Of a stretch of DNA of 32,000 bases, positions 1 through 8,600 are shown in pieces. Below the pieces are notes generated by a model, which saw only the letters and a program-made list of their open reading frames with translations, had not been told where the DNA came from and did no database searches. The stretch's first letter is position 1. Each line of letters starts with the position of its first letter. Both the position numbers and the translations under genes were made by a program. Source of the DNA: Nitratidesulfovibrio vulgaris str. Hildenborough (GTDB taxonomy: Bacteria; Desulfobacterota; Desulfovibrionia; Desulfovibrionales; Desulfovibrionaceae); contig NC_002937.3 in the NCBI RefSeq assembly GCF_000195755.1, positions 60,001-92,000 of the forward strand. The letters run 5' to 3'.

Positions 1-506
1 ACCACGGCGAGTGCCGCCGTCAGGGTGCCGCCATGTGCGAGGTCGACGCCGAACGCCATCCTGTGGCGCAGGAGTAGGCCTTGCGGGGGCCCCCGCGGTG
101 GGGGCCGCATCCCGTCATATGGGTGCTGTCAGGTCTTCGCGATGCCGGCCTGTTGCTCCGGCACTTCGGGCGCGGCTGCCGGAGCGCCGCCTCTGCCGTG
201 CCTCATGCGTTCGCCATCCGTACCGTCTCTGGAGACAGGCGTGACGGAGACGCATGACAGGCCGGGGTGTTACCGCGTACGGCACGTGCCAGATGCTTCA
301 CGGACGTGCCATCCCCGGATGCGTGGAGAGGCCCCGCGCCTGCGGGCCTGACGGCATCACCGGCTGGCGTTGCGAACGGCGTCACGCCTCCGTTGGCAAG
401 CCGCGCCCTGCTGCGGTTGCCCTGCGTCGCGCATCGGTCTATGGTGCCAACCCTGCCGTTCCGCGGCTTCACCTCAGCGCCGGAACCCCGGTCCATCCGT
501 CAGAGC

Positions 507-1766
507 ATGAGCGAAACGCTGCCCATATCCCCCGACGCCCCGTGGCTGGCCCCGCTGGCGGGCTATTCCGACCTGTCCTTCCGGCTGCTGTGCCGTGAGG
601 CTGGGGCCGCCGTGTGCTGCACCGAAATGGTCAGCGCCAAGGGGCTCATCTACTGCAGCCCCGGTACCCGCGACCTGCTTGCCACCACGCCGGAGGACGC
701 ACCTCTGGTGGTGCAGCTTTTCGGCTGCGACCCCGACATCATGGTACGCGCCATGGAGCCCTTGCTCGAACAGGGGTTCCGGTGGTTCGACCTCAACATG
801 GGCTGCTCCGTGCCCAAGGTGGTGAAGACCGGTTGCGGGGCTGCCATGCTGCGTGACGTGCCGCAGGCGCTTGCCGTGGCCCGCGCCATGCTGCGTACCG
901 CAGGCGCGGGGCGGGTGGGTTTCAAGTTCAGGCTTGGCTGGGACGTAGGTCAGGAGGTATGGGCCGACCTTGGGCGCGCTCTCGCCGACCTCGGTGCGGG
1001 GTGGGTGACGCTGCATCCGCGTTATGCCCGTCAGGGCTTCTCCGGCGAGGCACGGTGGAGCGCGCTGGGTGAGCTTGTACGGGCCGTTTCCGTGCCTGTC
1101 ATCGCCAGCGGCGACCTCTTCACTGCTGCCGATGGCGTCCGCTGCCTGCGTGAGACGGGCGTGGCATCGGTGATGTACGCGCGTGGTGCGTTGAACGACC
1201 CCGGAGTGTTCCATGCGCATCGCGAACGTGTCGCCGGAAGGCCCGACCCCGGCTATACGCCGCAACGGTTGCGGGCACTCATCACCCGCCATGCCGAACT
1301 TGCACGGCAATATGCGCCGGGACGCTCGGCCCTGCTCAAGATGCGCACCTTCGTGCCCCGCTATGTGCGGCATCTGCCGGGAGCGCGGGCGTTGCGCCAG
1401 CATCTCGCCTCATGCTTCGAGTGGGAGATGCTGGATGAACTGCTGGCCACCTTTTTCGCGGACGTGCCCACCTGTCCGGTCACGCCGGAAGGACGGGGCG
1501 GTAACGCGGACGCCATGTCCGAATGTGTGACCGGTGCTGCGGAACACTCTGGTTGCAGGACGCACTCGGACATGTCCGGCCATGTAGCTGGCAGCGCGTC
1601 CTCTGAAGACCCTTCCGATGGCCCCTCCCGTTACCCCGCAGGAGAATCCGCCATGACGTCCGGCGAGGAGTCCGCCACGGCGGCGGGCACGGCAGGTCGT
1701 GGCCCGGAGGTCTCTTCCACGTGTTGTACGGGGCGCGCACAGCAACCCACGGAGTCAGACGCATGA
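507..1766 (+). CDS. dus: tRNA-dihydrouridine synthase (Dus family) with a ~94-aa low-complexity C-terminal tail
   Basis: The core contains LAPLAGYSDLSFRLLCREAGA..CTEMVSAKGL and FDLNMGCSVPKVVKTGCGAAML, which are typical Dus TIM-barrel/FMN and catalytic-Cys regions. I chose the ATG at 507 (MSETLP) because the upstream in-frame extension from 267 is Arg/Pro-rich junk. The stop overlaps the ispH start as ATGA. Confidence 0.85.
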   Translation: MSETLPISPDAPWLAPLAGYSDLSFRLLCREAGAAVCCTEMVSAKGLIYCSPGTRDLLATTPEDAPLVVQLFGCDPDIMVRAMEPLLEQGFRWFDLNMGCSVPKVVKTGCGAAMLRDVPQALAVARAMLRTAGAGRVGFKFRLGWDVGQEVWADLGRALADLGAGWVTLHPRYARQGFSGEARWSALGELVRAVSVPVIASGDLFTAADGVRCLRETGVASVMYARGALNDPGVFHAHRERVAGRPDPGYTPQRLRALITRHAELARQYAPGRSALLKMRTFVPRYVRHLPGARALRQHLASCFEWEMLDELLATFFADVPTCPVTPEGRGGNADAMSECVTGAAEHSGCRTHSDMSGHVAGSASSEDPSDGPSRYPAGESAMTSGEESATAAGTAGRGPEVSSTCCTGRAQQPTESDA

Positions 1767-2635
1767 ATGTCATTCGCGCCCGCACGGCGGGTTTCTGCAT
1801 GGGGGTGAGCCTCGCCTTGCGCAAACTCGACCGCGAGGTCGACCGTGCCGAGGAGAAGGCAGCGCAGGGCAGCCCGCGTTGCCGTATCGCCACCTTCGGT
1901 CCCATCATCCACAACCCTCAGGTACTGGAAGCCTATGCGGGCATGGGCGTGCGCTGCCTGCGACAGGTGGACGAGGTGGAGGCGGGCGACCATGTGGTCA
2001 TCCGGGCGCACGGTGTCCCGCAGCAGCAGGAGAAGGCCTTGCGGTCCCGTGACGCGGTGGTGGTCGACGCCACATGCCCCAAGGTGAAGAAGGCCCAGCT
2101 TGGCATCGAGGAACAGTGCCGGGCCGGGCGCACGTTGCTGCTCTTCGGCGAGGCCGAGCACCCCGAGGTGCGGGGGCTTCTGTCCTACGCCGGAGAGGGG
2201 GCGCTGGTCTTCGGTTCGGTGGACGAACTCGAAGGGCTGCCGCTGCAACCGGAGACGGAGTACTTTCTTGCGGCGCAGACGACGCAGGACAGGGTGGCCT
2301 TCGAGGTTGCGCGGGCGTGGCTGCACGAACGACTCGGCCATGAGGTGCCCGTGCTGGAGACCATCTGCGACGCCACGCGCCTGCGGCAGCAAGAGGCCAT
2401 CGACATCGCCCGCAAGGTGGATGCCATGGTGGTGGTGGGCGGCTTCGACAGCGGCAACACCCGGCGCCTTGCCGACGTGGCCGCCGCGCAGGGAGTGTTC
2501 ACCGTGCATGTTGAGAATGAATCGCAGCTTCCTGTGGAACAATTGCGTGGCTGTGGCATCATAGGCCTAACGGCGGGGGCATCGACGCCGAAAAGTATTA
2601 TTGACGCGACGCAGCGTTTCCTCGAATCTCTATAG
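1763..2635 (+). CDS. ispH: 4-hydroxy-3-methylbut-2-enyl diphosphate reductase (IspH/LytB)
   Basis: The N-terminus MNVIRARTAGFCMGV, then DATCPKV and ETICDAT, supply the three conserved Fe-S Cys ligands. VVGGFDSGNT matches the conserved Ser/Asn motif. At 290 aa it has the typical length. Confidence 0.9.
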   Translation: MNVIRARTAGFCMGVSLALRKLDREVDRAEEKAAQGSPRCRIATFGPIIHNPQVLEAYAGMGVRCLRQVDEVEAGDHVVIRAHGVPQQQEKALRSRDAVVVDATCPKVKKAQLGIEEQCRAGRTLLLFGEAEHPEVRGLLSYAGEGALVFGSVDELEGLPLQPETEYFLAAQTTQDRVAFEVARAWLHERLGHEVPVLETICDATRLRQQEAIDIARKVDAMVVVGGFDSGNTRRLADVAAAQGVFTVHVENESQLPVEQLRGCGIIGLTAGASTPKSIIDATQRFLESL

Positions 2636-2675
2636 TGATGCTGGCGTAGGCAAATCACGCGCCGTCGGAGGTCGT

Positions 2676-3629
2676 ATGTCCCAGACGAACATCCTGCTCG
2701 AAGCGGGCACCAATGAACTCGAAATCGTCGAGTTCCATCTCGAAGAGGCCGCCGACACCCCTGAAGGTGCGCCCTATCGCGGGTATTACGGCGTGAACGT
2801 CGCCAAGGTGCTCGAAATCATTCGCATGCCCAAGGTGACGGAACTGCCTGAGGTACAACACCGCTCGGTGTTGGGGGCCTTCAATCTCCGTTCGCATATC
2901 ATCCCCCTTGTGGACCTCAGCCTGTGGCTGGGCAAACGCCGGGCCGAAGGCACCGAACCCCCCAAGGTCATCGTCACCGAATTCAACAATGTGACGACGG
3001 CGTTCATGGTGTCGGGGGTCAACCGCATCCACCGCATCAGCTGGGAGTCTGTGGAACCGCCCAACAGATACGTGGCGGCGGTGTCCAACAATTCCATCAC
3101 AGGCGTGGTGCAGCTTGAGGGGCGCATCGTATTCCTTCTCGACCTCGAAAAGATCGTGGCCGACCTCAATCCGCAGCTGGGCCTGCGTCTCGACCATGCC
3201 GTCGACTGGTCGGCCAACACCCGTTATCGTGCACTCATCGCCGACGACTCCGGCCTCATCCGTGAAATGCTCAAGGACTTGATGCAGAAGGCCAATTTCG
3301 AGGTCGAGGCGGTGAACAACGGCCGTGAGGCGTGGGACCGTCTGGCCGAACTCAAGGCCAAGGGCGAACAGGAAGGGCGGCCCATCACCGACTACGTGCA
3401 GGTTCTCGTCTCGGACATCGAAATGCCCAGCATGGACGGACACAACCTGTGCAAGCGCGTGAAAGAGGACAGCTACCTGCGCGGCATTCCGGTCATTCTC
3501 TTCTCGTCGCTCATCACCGACAAGCTGCGGCACAAGGGTATGGCCGTCGGGGCCGACGACCAGATATCCAAGCCGGAGGTGACACACCTCGCCAAACGCG
3601 CCCTCGCCCTCATCGAAGGGCGGGGATAG
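2676..3629 (+). CDS. cheV: Chemotaxis coupling protein CheV (CheW-like domain fused to a receiver domain)
   Basis: The N-terminal half is CheW-like (NELEIVEF..YGVNVAKVLEI..IIPLVDL). The C-terminal half is a response-regulator receiver (ALIADDS..VSDIEMPSMDG..SSL..K). A GGAGG Shine-Dalgarno lies upstream of the ATG at 2676. No other che genes are in the window. Confidence 0.85.
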   Translation: MSQTNILLEAGTNELEIVEFHLEEAADTPEGAPYRGYYGVNVAKVLEIIRMPKVTELPEVQHRSVLGAFNLRSHIIPLVDLSLWLGKRRAEGTEPPKVIVTEFNNVTTAFMVSGVNRIHRISWESVEPPNRYVAAVSNNSITGVVQLEGRIVFLLDLEKIVADLNPQLGLRLDHAVDWSANTRYRALIADDSGLIREMLKDLMQKANFEVEAVNNGREAWDRLAELKAKGEQEGRPITDYVQVLVSDIEMPSMDGHNLCKRVKEDSYLRGIPVILFSSLITDKLRHKGMAVGADDQISKPEVTHLAKRALALIEGRG

Positions 3630-3633
3630 CGTA

Positions 3634-3670
3634 TCACGTGACTGTCGCGGCATGTGCGCCAGTCACGTGA
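3634..3670. repeat. 11-bp perfect inverted repeat (TCACGTGACTG / CAGTCACGTGA) with a 15-nt spacer; each arm contains the 8-bp palindrome TCACGTGA
   Basis: Read directly from the sequence. It starts 5 nt after the cheV stop codon. It could be an RNA hairpin or two palindromic protein-binding boxes. No adjacent T-tract is present. Confidence 0.5.
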
Positions 3671-3746
3671 GGGAGGGCACACCCGCTTTTCAAGCCTCCC
3701 CCGCGAGAAGAGGGAACGCCCCTTCCCGCACATACATGCAGACCAG

Positions 3747-3782
3747 GCCCCCGTCGCGTCATCCGGCTCGGCGGGGGCTTTT
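3747..3782 (+). terminator. Candidate intrinsic terminator downstream of cheV
   Basis: GCCCCCG (3747-3753) pairs with CGGGGGC (3772-3778), with a few extra inner pairs possible. TTTT follows immediately at 3779-3782. Confidence 0.45.
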
Positions 3783-3825
3783 GCGTGGCGTGGCTGCGGT
3801 GATGCGGCAAGACGTGCCGCAGGGG

Positions 3826-3854
3826 TTGACGCGTGGCGAAGGCTCGGACATAAC
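3826..3854 (+). promoter_or_regulatory. Sigma70-like promoter candidate for the tetR-MFP-RND operon
   Basis: TTGACG (3826-3831), a 17-nt spacer, then CATAAC (3849-3854). Assigned by eye only. The -10 element overlaps the left arm of the inverted repeat described next. Confidence 0.35.
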
Positions 3855-3884
3855 ACCGTTTCAAACAAGGGTTGAAACGGTGTT
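3852..3884. promoter_or_regulatory. Perfect 13-bp inverted repeat (AACACCGTTTCAA-N7-TTGAAACGGTGTT); candidate TetR operator, alternatively a hairpin with a T-run
   Basis: Read directly from the sequence. It is AT-rich relative to its surroundings. It ends 4 nt before the tetR ATG at 3889 and is followed by TTTTT. Confidence 0.5.
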
Positions 3885-3888
3885 TTTT

Positions 3889-4530
3889 ATGACGCAGCAG
3901 CAACAGGAACAGGGAACGCGCGAGAGGTTGCTCGAAGCCGCCGCGGAGGTCTTCGCGGAACACGGCTACGAGGCGGCCACGGTGCGTGAGATATGTCGCA
4001 GGGCCGGGGCCAACGTGGCCGCCGTGAACTACCATTTCGGCGGCAAGGAGATGCTCTACGCGAGCATGCTCAAGCATTTCATGGCCGTATGTGCGGCCCG
4101 TCACCCGCTGGATGCGGGCACGGGGCCGGATTCGACGCCGGAAGAACGTCTGTATGCCTTCGTCCGCAACCTGTTGTACCGTATCATGGGTGATGACGAG
4201 GCGCATGGTAAGCTGGTGGCGCAGGAGACCATAGACCCCTCGCCCGCCTTCGACGACATCGTCCACGAGTTCATGTTGCCCGTGCGCGCCGCCGTGGAGG
4301 ACGTGGTCAAGGCGTTCCTCGGGCAGGACGCACCGGAGGCCTCTGTGCGTGCCTGTGCCGCGGGTATCGTGGGGCAGGCCATGTTCTACCTGCAGAATCG
4401 CAGTATCCTCGAACGGCTGTACCATGACCTCACCTATGACAATGAAGGACTCGACCGCATGGCGGAATCCATAACGCGTTTTTCGCTGGGCGGCATCGCC
4501 GCGTGGCGTTTCGGGGGAGGCGAGGCATGA
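3889..4530 (+). CDS. TetR/AcrR-family transcriptional regulator
   Basis: The N-terminal HTH is RERLLEAAAEVFAEHGYEAATVREICRRAGANVAAVNYHFGGKEMLY, a classic TetR_N signature. It sits first in the operon with the MFP and RND genes. An alternative in-frame GTG start exists at 3880. The stop overlaps the next start as ATGA. Confidence 0.85.
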   Translation: MTQQQQEQGTRERLLEAAAEVFAEHGYEAATVREICRRAGANVAAVNYHFGGKEMLYASMLKHFMAVCAARHPLDAGTGPDSTPEERLYAFVRNLLYRIMGDDEAHGKLVAQETIDPSPAFDDIVHEFMLPVRAAVEDVVKAFLGQDAPEASVRACAAGIVGQAMFYLQNRSILERLYHDLTYDNEGLDRMAESITRFSLGGIAAWRFGGGEA

Positions 4531-5678
4531 GACTCATGCGACTGTTGCCGTTGCTGGGGCTTCTGGCGCTTGCCGCCTGCGGTGACGAACAGGGTGTGCG
4601 CGAGGCGTCACGCCCCGTGGGGGTGGAGGTCGCCGCACCGCTGGAGGGGGTCACGGGACGCCGCTACACGGCCACGCTGGAACCGCGTGAACAGGTCTCC
4701 GTGGCCTTCAGGGTCGGCGGCTATGTCGAAGACATCCTCACCGTGTCCGCCGGTGCGGAGGCGAAGGGGAACAACGCCCGCCGTGTGGATGCCGAACGTG
4801 GAGACCGGGTGCGCAAGGGACAGGTGCTGGCACGGTTGCGCACGACCGACTATCAGGGCCGGGTCGCAGCGGCGCGTGGCGCCGTGGACGAGGCCGTGGC
4901 CGCACGGCGTCAGTCAGCGCTGGACCTTGAGCGTCTGGGAACGCTCCTGCGCGACAAGGCCGTGGCCCAGGCCGACTATGACCGGGCGCGCGAGAAGGCC
5001 GATGCCACCGTCGCCCGCGAAGAGGCGGCGCGCGGCAGGCTGGCCGAGGCCCTCGACCAGTTGCGCGATACGGCGCTCATCTGCCCGCTGGACGGTGTGC
5101 TCACGAAGCGCTCGGTGGAGCGTGGCACGCTGGCGACGCCCGGCATGGTCGCCTATGTGGTGGCGGACATGACGCGGATGAAGGCCGTGTTCGGCGTGCC
5201 CGACACGCTGGTGGATGCCGTGCGCCCCGGAGCGCATCTCGATGTGCTCGTGCCCTCTGTGGGAGTGGCGCAGCAGGGGCGCGTGACGGCGGTTTCGCCT
5301 GCCGCGGACAAGCGCAGCCGCATCTTCGATGTGGAGGTGACGCTCGACAATGCCGGCGGACTGCTGCGCGAGGGCATGAGCGCGACTGTTGAACTGGGGG
5401 GCGGCAGTGCCGGCCCCGCACCCGCCGTTCCGCTGGCGGCGGTGGTGCGCCCTGCCGGGCGTGCCGAGGGCTATGCCGTCTTCGTGGTGGAAGATGTCGA
5501 CGGCGGCACGGTGGCGCATGAACGCGAGGTCGTTCTGGGCATCGTGGAAGGCAGCCGTGTCGAACTGACGCAGGGCGTCAGGCCGGGTGAGCGCGTCGTG
5601 GTGCTGGGGGCGACCCTGCTCCATGATGGCGAACACGTGCGCGTGCTGCCCGGCGGTGCGGAGGTTGCACCCCGATGA
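4527..5678 (+). CDS. Efflux RND periplasmic adaptor (membrane-fusion protein, HlyD/AcrA family), lipoprotein
   Basis: The signal peptide carries a lipobox (LLALAAC). It shows barrel-sandwich/coiled-coil hallmarks (RVRKGQVLARL, DYDRA, ALICPLDGVL). Both ends have ATGA overlaps with the neighbouring genes. Confidence 0.85.
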   Translation: MRLMRLLPLLGLLALAACGDEQGVREASRPVGVEVAAPLEGVTGRRYTATLEPREQVSVAFRVGGYVEDILTVSAGAEAKGNNARRVDAERGDRVRKGQVLARLRTTDYQGRVAAARGAVDEAVAARRQSALDLERLGTLLRDKAVAQADYDRAREKADATVAREEAARGRLAEALDQLRDTALICPLDGVLTKRSVERGTLATPGMVAYVVADMTRMKAVFGVPDTLVDAVRPGAHLDVLVPSVGVAQQGRVTAVSPAADKRSRIFDVEVTLDNAGGLLREGMSATVELGGGSAGPAPAVPLAAVVRPAGRAEGYAVFVVEDVDGGTVAHEREVVLGIVEGSRVELTQGVRPGERVVVLGATLLHDGEHVRVLPGGAEVAPR

Positions 5679-8600
5679 GCGAGGGCGGACACAACGACGA
5701 ACGCTGGCTGCACACGCGCAACAGCGCGCGCTTCTTCGTGGAACAGCGTCACATCGGCTGGGTGCTGCTCGTGGCGACGCTGGTGTGGGGCGTGTGGGCG
5801 TGGCATGCCATGCCGCAGCGCAAGGACCCGGAGATTCCCGTGCGTGCCGCCGCCGTGCTGGTGGCGTGGCCCGGTGCCCCTGCCGAGAGGGTCGAAGAGC
5901 GCATCACCCGCCGCGTGGAAGAGGCTGTGGGCGGCAACAAGTGGGTCGAGAAGATAGAGTCGGTCTCGCGCACGGGGCTTTCGGTGGTCACCCTGCATCT
6001 GCATGAGCGTGTGGCGCAGACAGACACGGTGCTGGACGACATCGGCTTCCGGTTGCAGGAGGTGGGGCAGCTTCCGGATGGCGCGGGGCCGCTTACCTAT
6101 ATCAAGGACTTCGGTGACACCTCTACCCTGATGCTCACGGTGGCGAGTCCGCGCGTGAGCGGGGTGGAGCTCGACATGCGAGCCGTGGGCGTTGCGCGTG
6201 CGGTGCGTGCGCTGCGGAATGACGCAGCAGGGGAGGCCCGAGCCGAAGGTGGCGTGATGGCGCGTGCCTCGCAGGCACGTGTCGGCGCGTCTGGTGCCGT
6301 CGCCACCGGGCGTCGGGATGTCCCCCGGACCGGCGTTGCCAAGGCAGAAGAAGGTACCCCGCTCCCTGCCATCAATGATGCAGGGGCCGGACGCATGGCC
6401 GTTGCGTGGGTCGCACCGTCCGCCATGGATGACGCGGTGTTGCGCCGCCTCGGCGGCCTTGCCGCCGACTGGCTGGTGGCGCACGGCGACGCGACCGCGC
6501 CGCGCCTGCACACCGAACCGGGCCTTGTGGTGCTGGATGTGTCGACCCGGCATGACGCCGCAGCGTTGTCGGCGCGTCTAGCCGTCTTTCGCGCTGAACG
6601 GGTAGGCGCCAACGCCCTGCATCCCGATCTGTGGGAACCCGCCGTCTTCGCTTCCGGGGACGATGCCCGCGCGGCCCTCGAAGCCGTGGCTGCCGACCGC
6701 TATTCGTGGCGCGACCTCGAAGCCTACACCGAAAAGGTGCGGGCCACCCTCGAACGGCTTGGCAGCGTGGGCAAGGTCTCCCGCTGGGGGGTGCGGCCCG
6801 AGACGATCTTCATCGACTGGTCGCAGGAGCGGCTGGCCTCGCTGGGGCTCGACCCGCAACAGGTGGCGCAGACGCTCGCCGCCCGCAACACCTCATTGCC
6901 CGGCGGGCAGCTTGAGACGCGGGGCCGGGGGGTGCTGCTCGACAGCGAAGGCGAATTGCGTTCGGCGACCGACCTCGCCGAGGTGATGGTGGCGACATCC
7001 GCCTCGGGTGCGCCCCTCTATCTGCGCGACGTGGCCGATGTGACCCGGTCGTACAGGGCACCCGTCGAAAACCTCAACCATTTCGTGCACCGCGATGCCG
7101 ACGGTACATGGCGTCGTGGCAAGGCCATCACCCTCGCGGTGGAGATGCGTTCGGGCGAGCACATCGACGCGTTCTCGCGCGAGGTGGACGCGGCGCTCGG
7201 CGACCTGACGCAACGCCTGCCCGAAGACCTGCTCGTGGTGCGCACGTCCGACCAGCCTCGTCAGGTGACGGAGAAGGTCGACCTGTTCACCCTGAGTCTC
7301 GAAGAGGCGGTGGTGCTGGTGGTGGCGGTGGCCTTCATCGGTTTCCGTGAGTGGCGTTCGGCGCTGCTCATGGCCCTGTCCATTCCGCTGACGCTGGCCA
7401 TGACCTTCGGCATGATGCACCTTCTTGGCATCGACCTGCAGCAGATTTCGATAGCCTCTCTCATCCTCGCGCTGGGCCTGCTGGTGGACGACCCGGTGGT
7501 GGCGGGCGACGCCATCAAGCGCGAGATAGCGGAGGGAAGGCCACGCCGTCTCGCGGCGTGGCTGGGGCCCACCAAGCTCGCGCGGGCCATCCTGTACGCG
7601 ACCATCACCAACATCGTGGCATACCTGCCCTTTCTGCTGCTCACGGGTGACAAGGGGCGCTTCCTGTATTCCATGCCCATCGTGGTGGCGTGTTCGCTGG
7701 TGGCCTCGCGTATCGTGTCCATGACCTTCATCCCGCTACTCGGTTCGGTGCTGCTCGACGCGGGCAGACGTGAGGGCACGGTGGAGGAACGGCGCGCACG
7801 TGGGCTGGGCCGGCTGTACTACGCCGTGGGCGGGTGGGCCATCGACCACCGGTGGAAGGTGCTCGCGGGCTCATTGCTGCTGGTGGTGGCGGGCTTCTGG
7901 TTGCAGGGGCAGCTCAAGCCGCAGTTCTTCCCCAAGGACAGGTCGTATCTTTCGTACGTCGACCTCTGGTTGCCGGAGGACGCCACGGTGGAGGCCACGG
8001 CGCGCGTCGCGGCCGATGCCGCCCGCATCGTCACCGACAGGGTCGCGGCCTTCGATGCGGAGACGGGCCGGGCCGCCAAGGGGCTGCCGCCTGCGCTGCG
8101 TTCCGTGACCGTGTTCACGGGGGGCGGGGGGCCGCGCTTCTGGTTCTCGGTGACGCCCGAACTGCGTCAGCCCAACTACGCGCAACTGCTCGTGGAGGTG
8201 TCGGACAACCATCTCACGAAAGAACTCATCGGCCCCTTGCAGCAAGCCCTGTCCGAGCGTCTGCCCTCCGCGAGGGCGGATGTGATGGAACTGGAGAACG
8301 GGCCGCCCATCGGCGTGCCCGTGCAACTGCGCCTCTACGGCGACGACATCCCCGCCTTGCGGGCGGAGTCGGAACGGCTGAAGGCCATCCTGCGGGCCGA
8401 CCCGGATGCCACGCGCGTCAAGGACAACTGGGGTGCCGACACCTTTGTCGCCCGCTTGCGGGTCGACCCGGACAAGGCGGCACTCTCGGGGGTGACCATG
8501 CTCGACGTGGCGCGTGCCACGGGCAACGCCGCCACGGGAACCACCGTGACGGCCTTGCGCGAGGGACGGCTCACCGTGCCTGTGGTCTCGCGGTTGCGGC

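Noticed and set aside
1-59. A possible 5' end of a minus-strand gene leaving the window (MAFGVDLAHGGTLTAALAVV...).
   Set aside because: Only ~19 codons are visible. There is no clear Shine-Dalgarno and no recognisable motif, so it cannot be supported.
83-96. A 14-bp perfect GC palindrome, GCGGGGGCCCCCGC.
   Set aside because: It has no loop and no T-tract, and it is not positioned at the end of any gene visible in the window. GC palindromes of this size are unremarkable in such GC-rich DNA.
267-506. An upstream in-frame extension of the dus ORF (80 extra residues), plus other ORFs in 1..506.
   Set aside because: The extension is Arg/Pro/Ala-rich with no Dus homology. The conserved core begins right after the Met at 507. 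No ORF in 1..506 looks like coding sequence.
4841-4860. TGGCAC motifs inside coding regions (near 4846, 9886, 12390, 17524 and 29551), considered as sigma54 promoters.
   Set aside because: None has a correctly spaced GC or TTGC -12 element, and all lie within well-supported CDSs.
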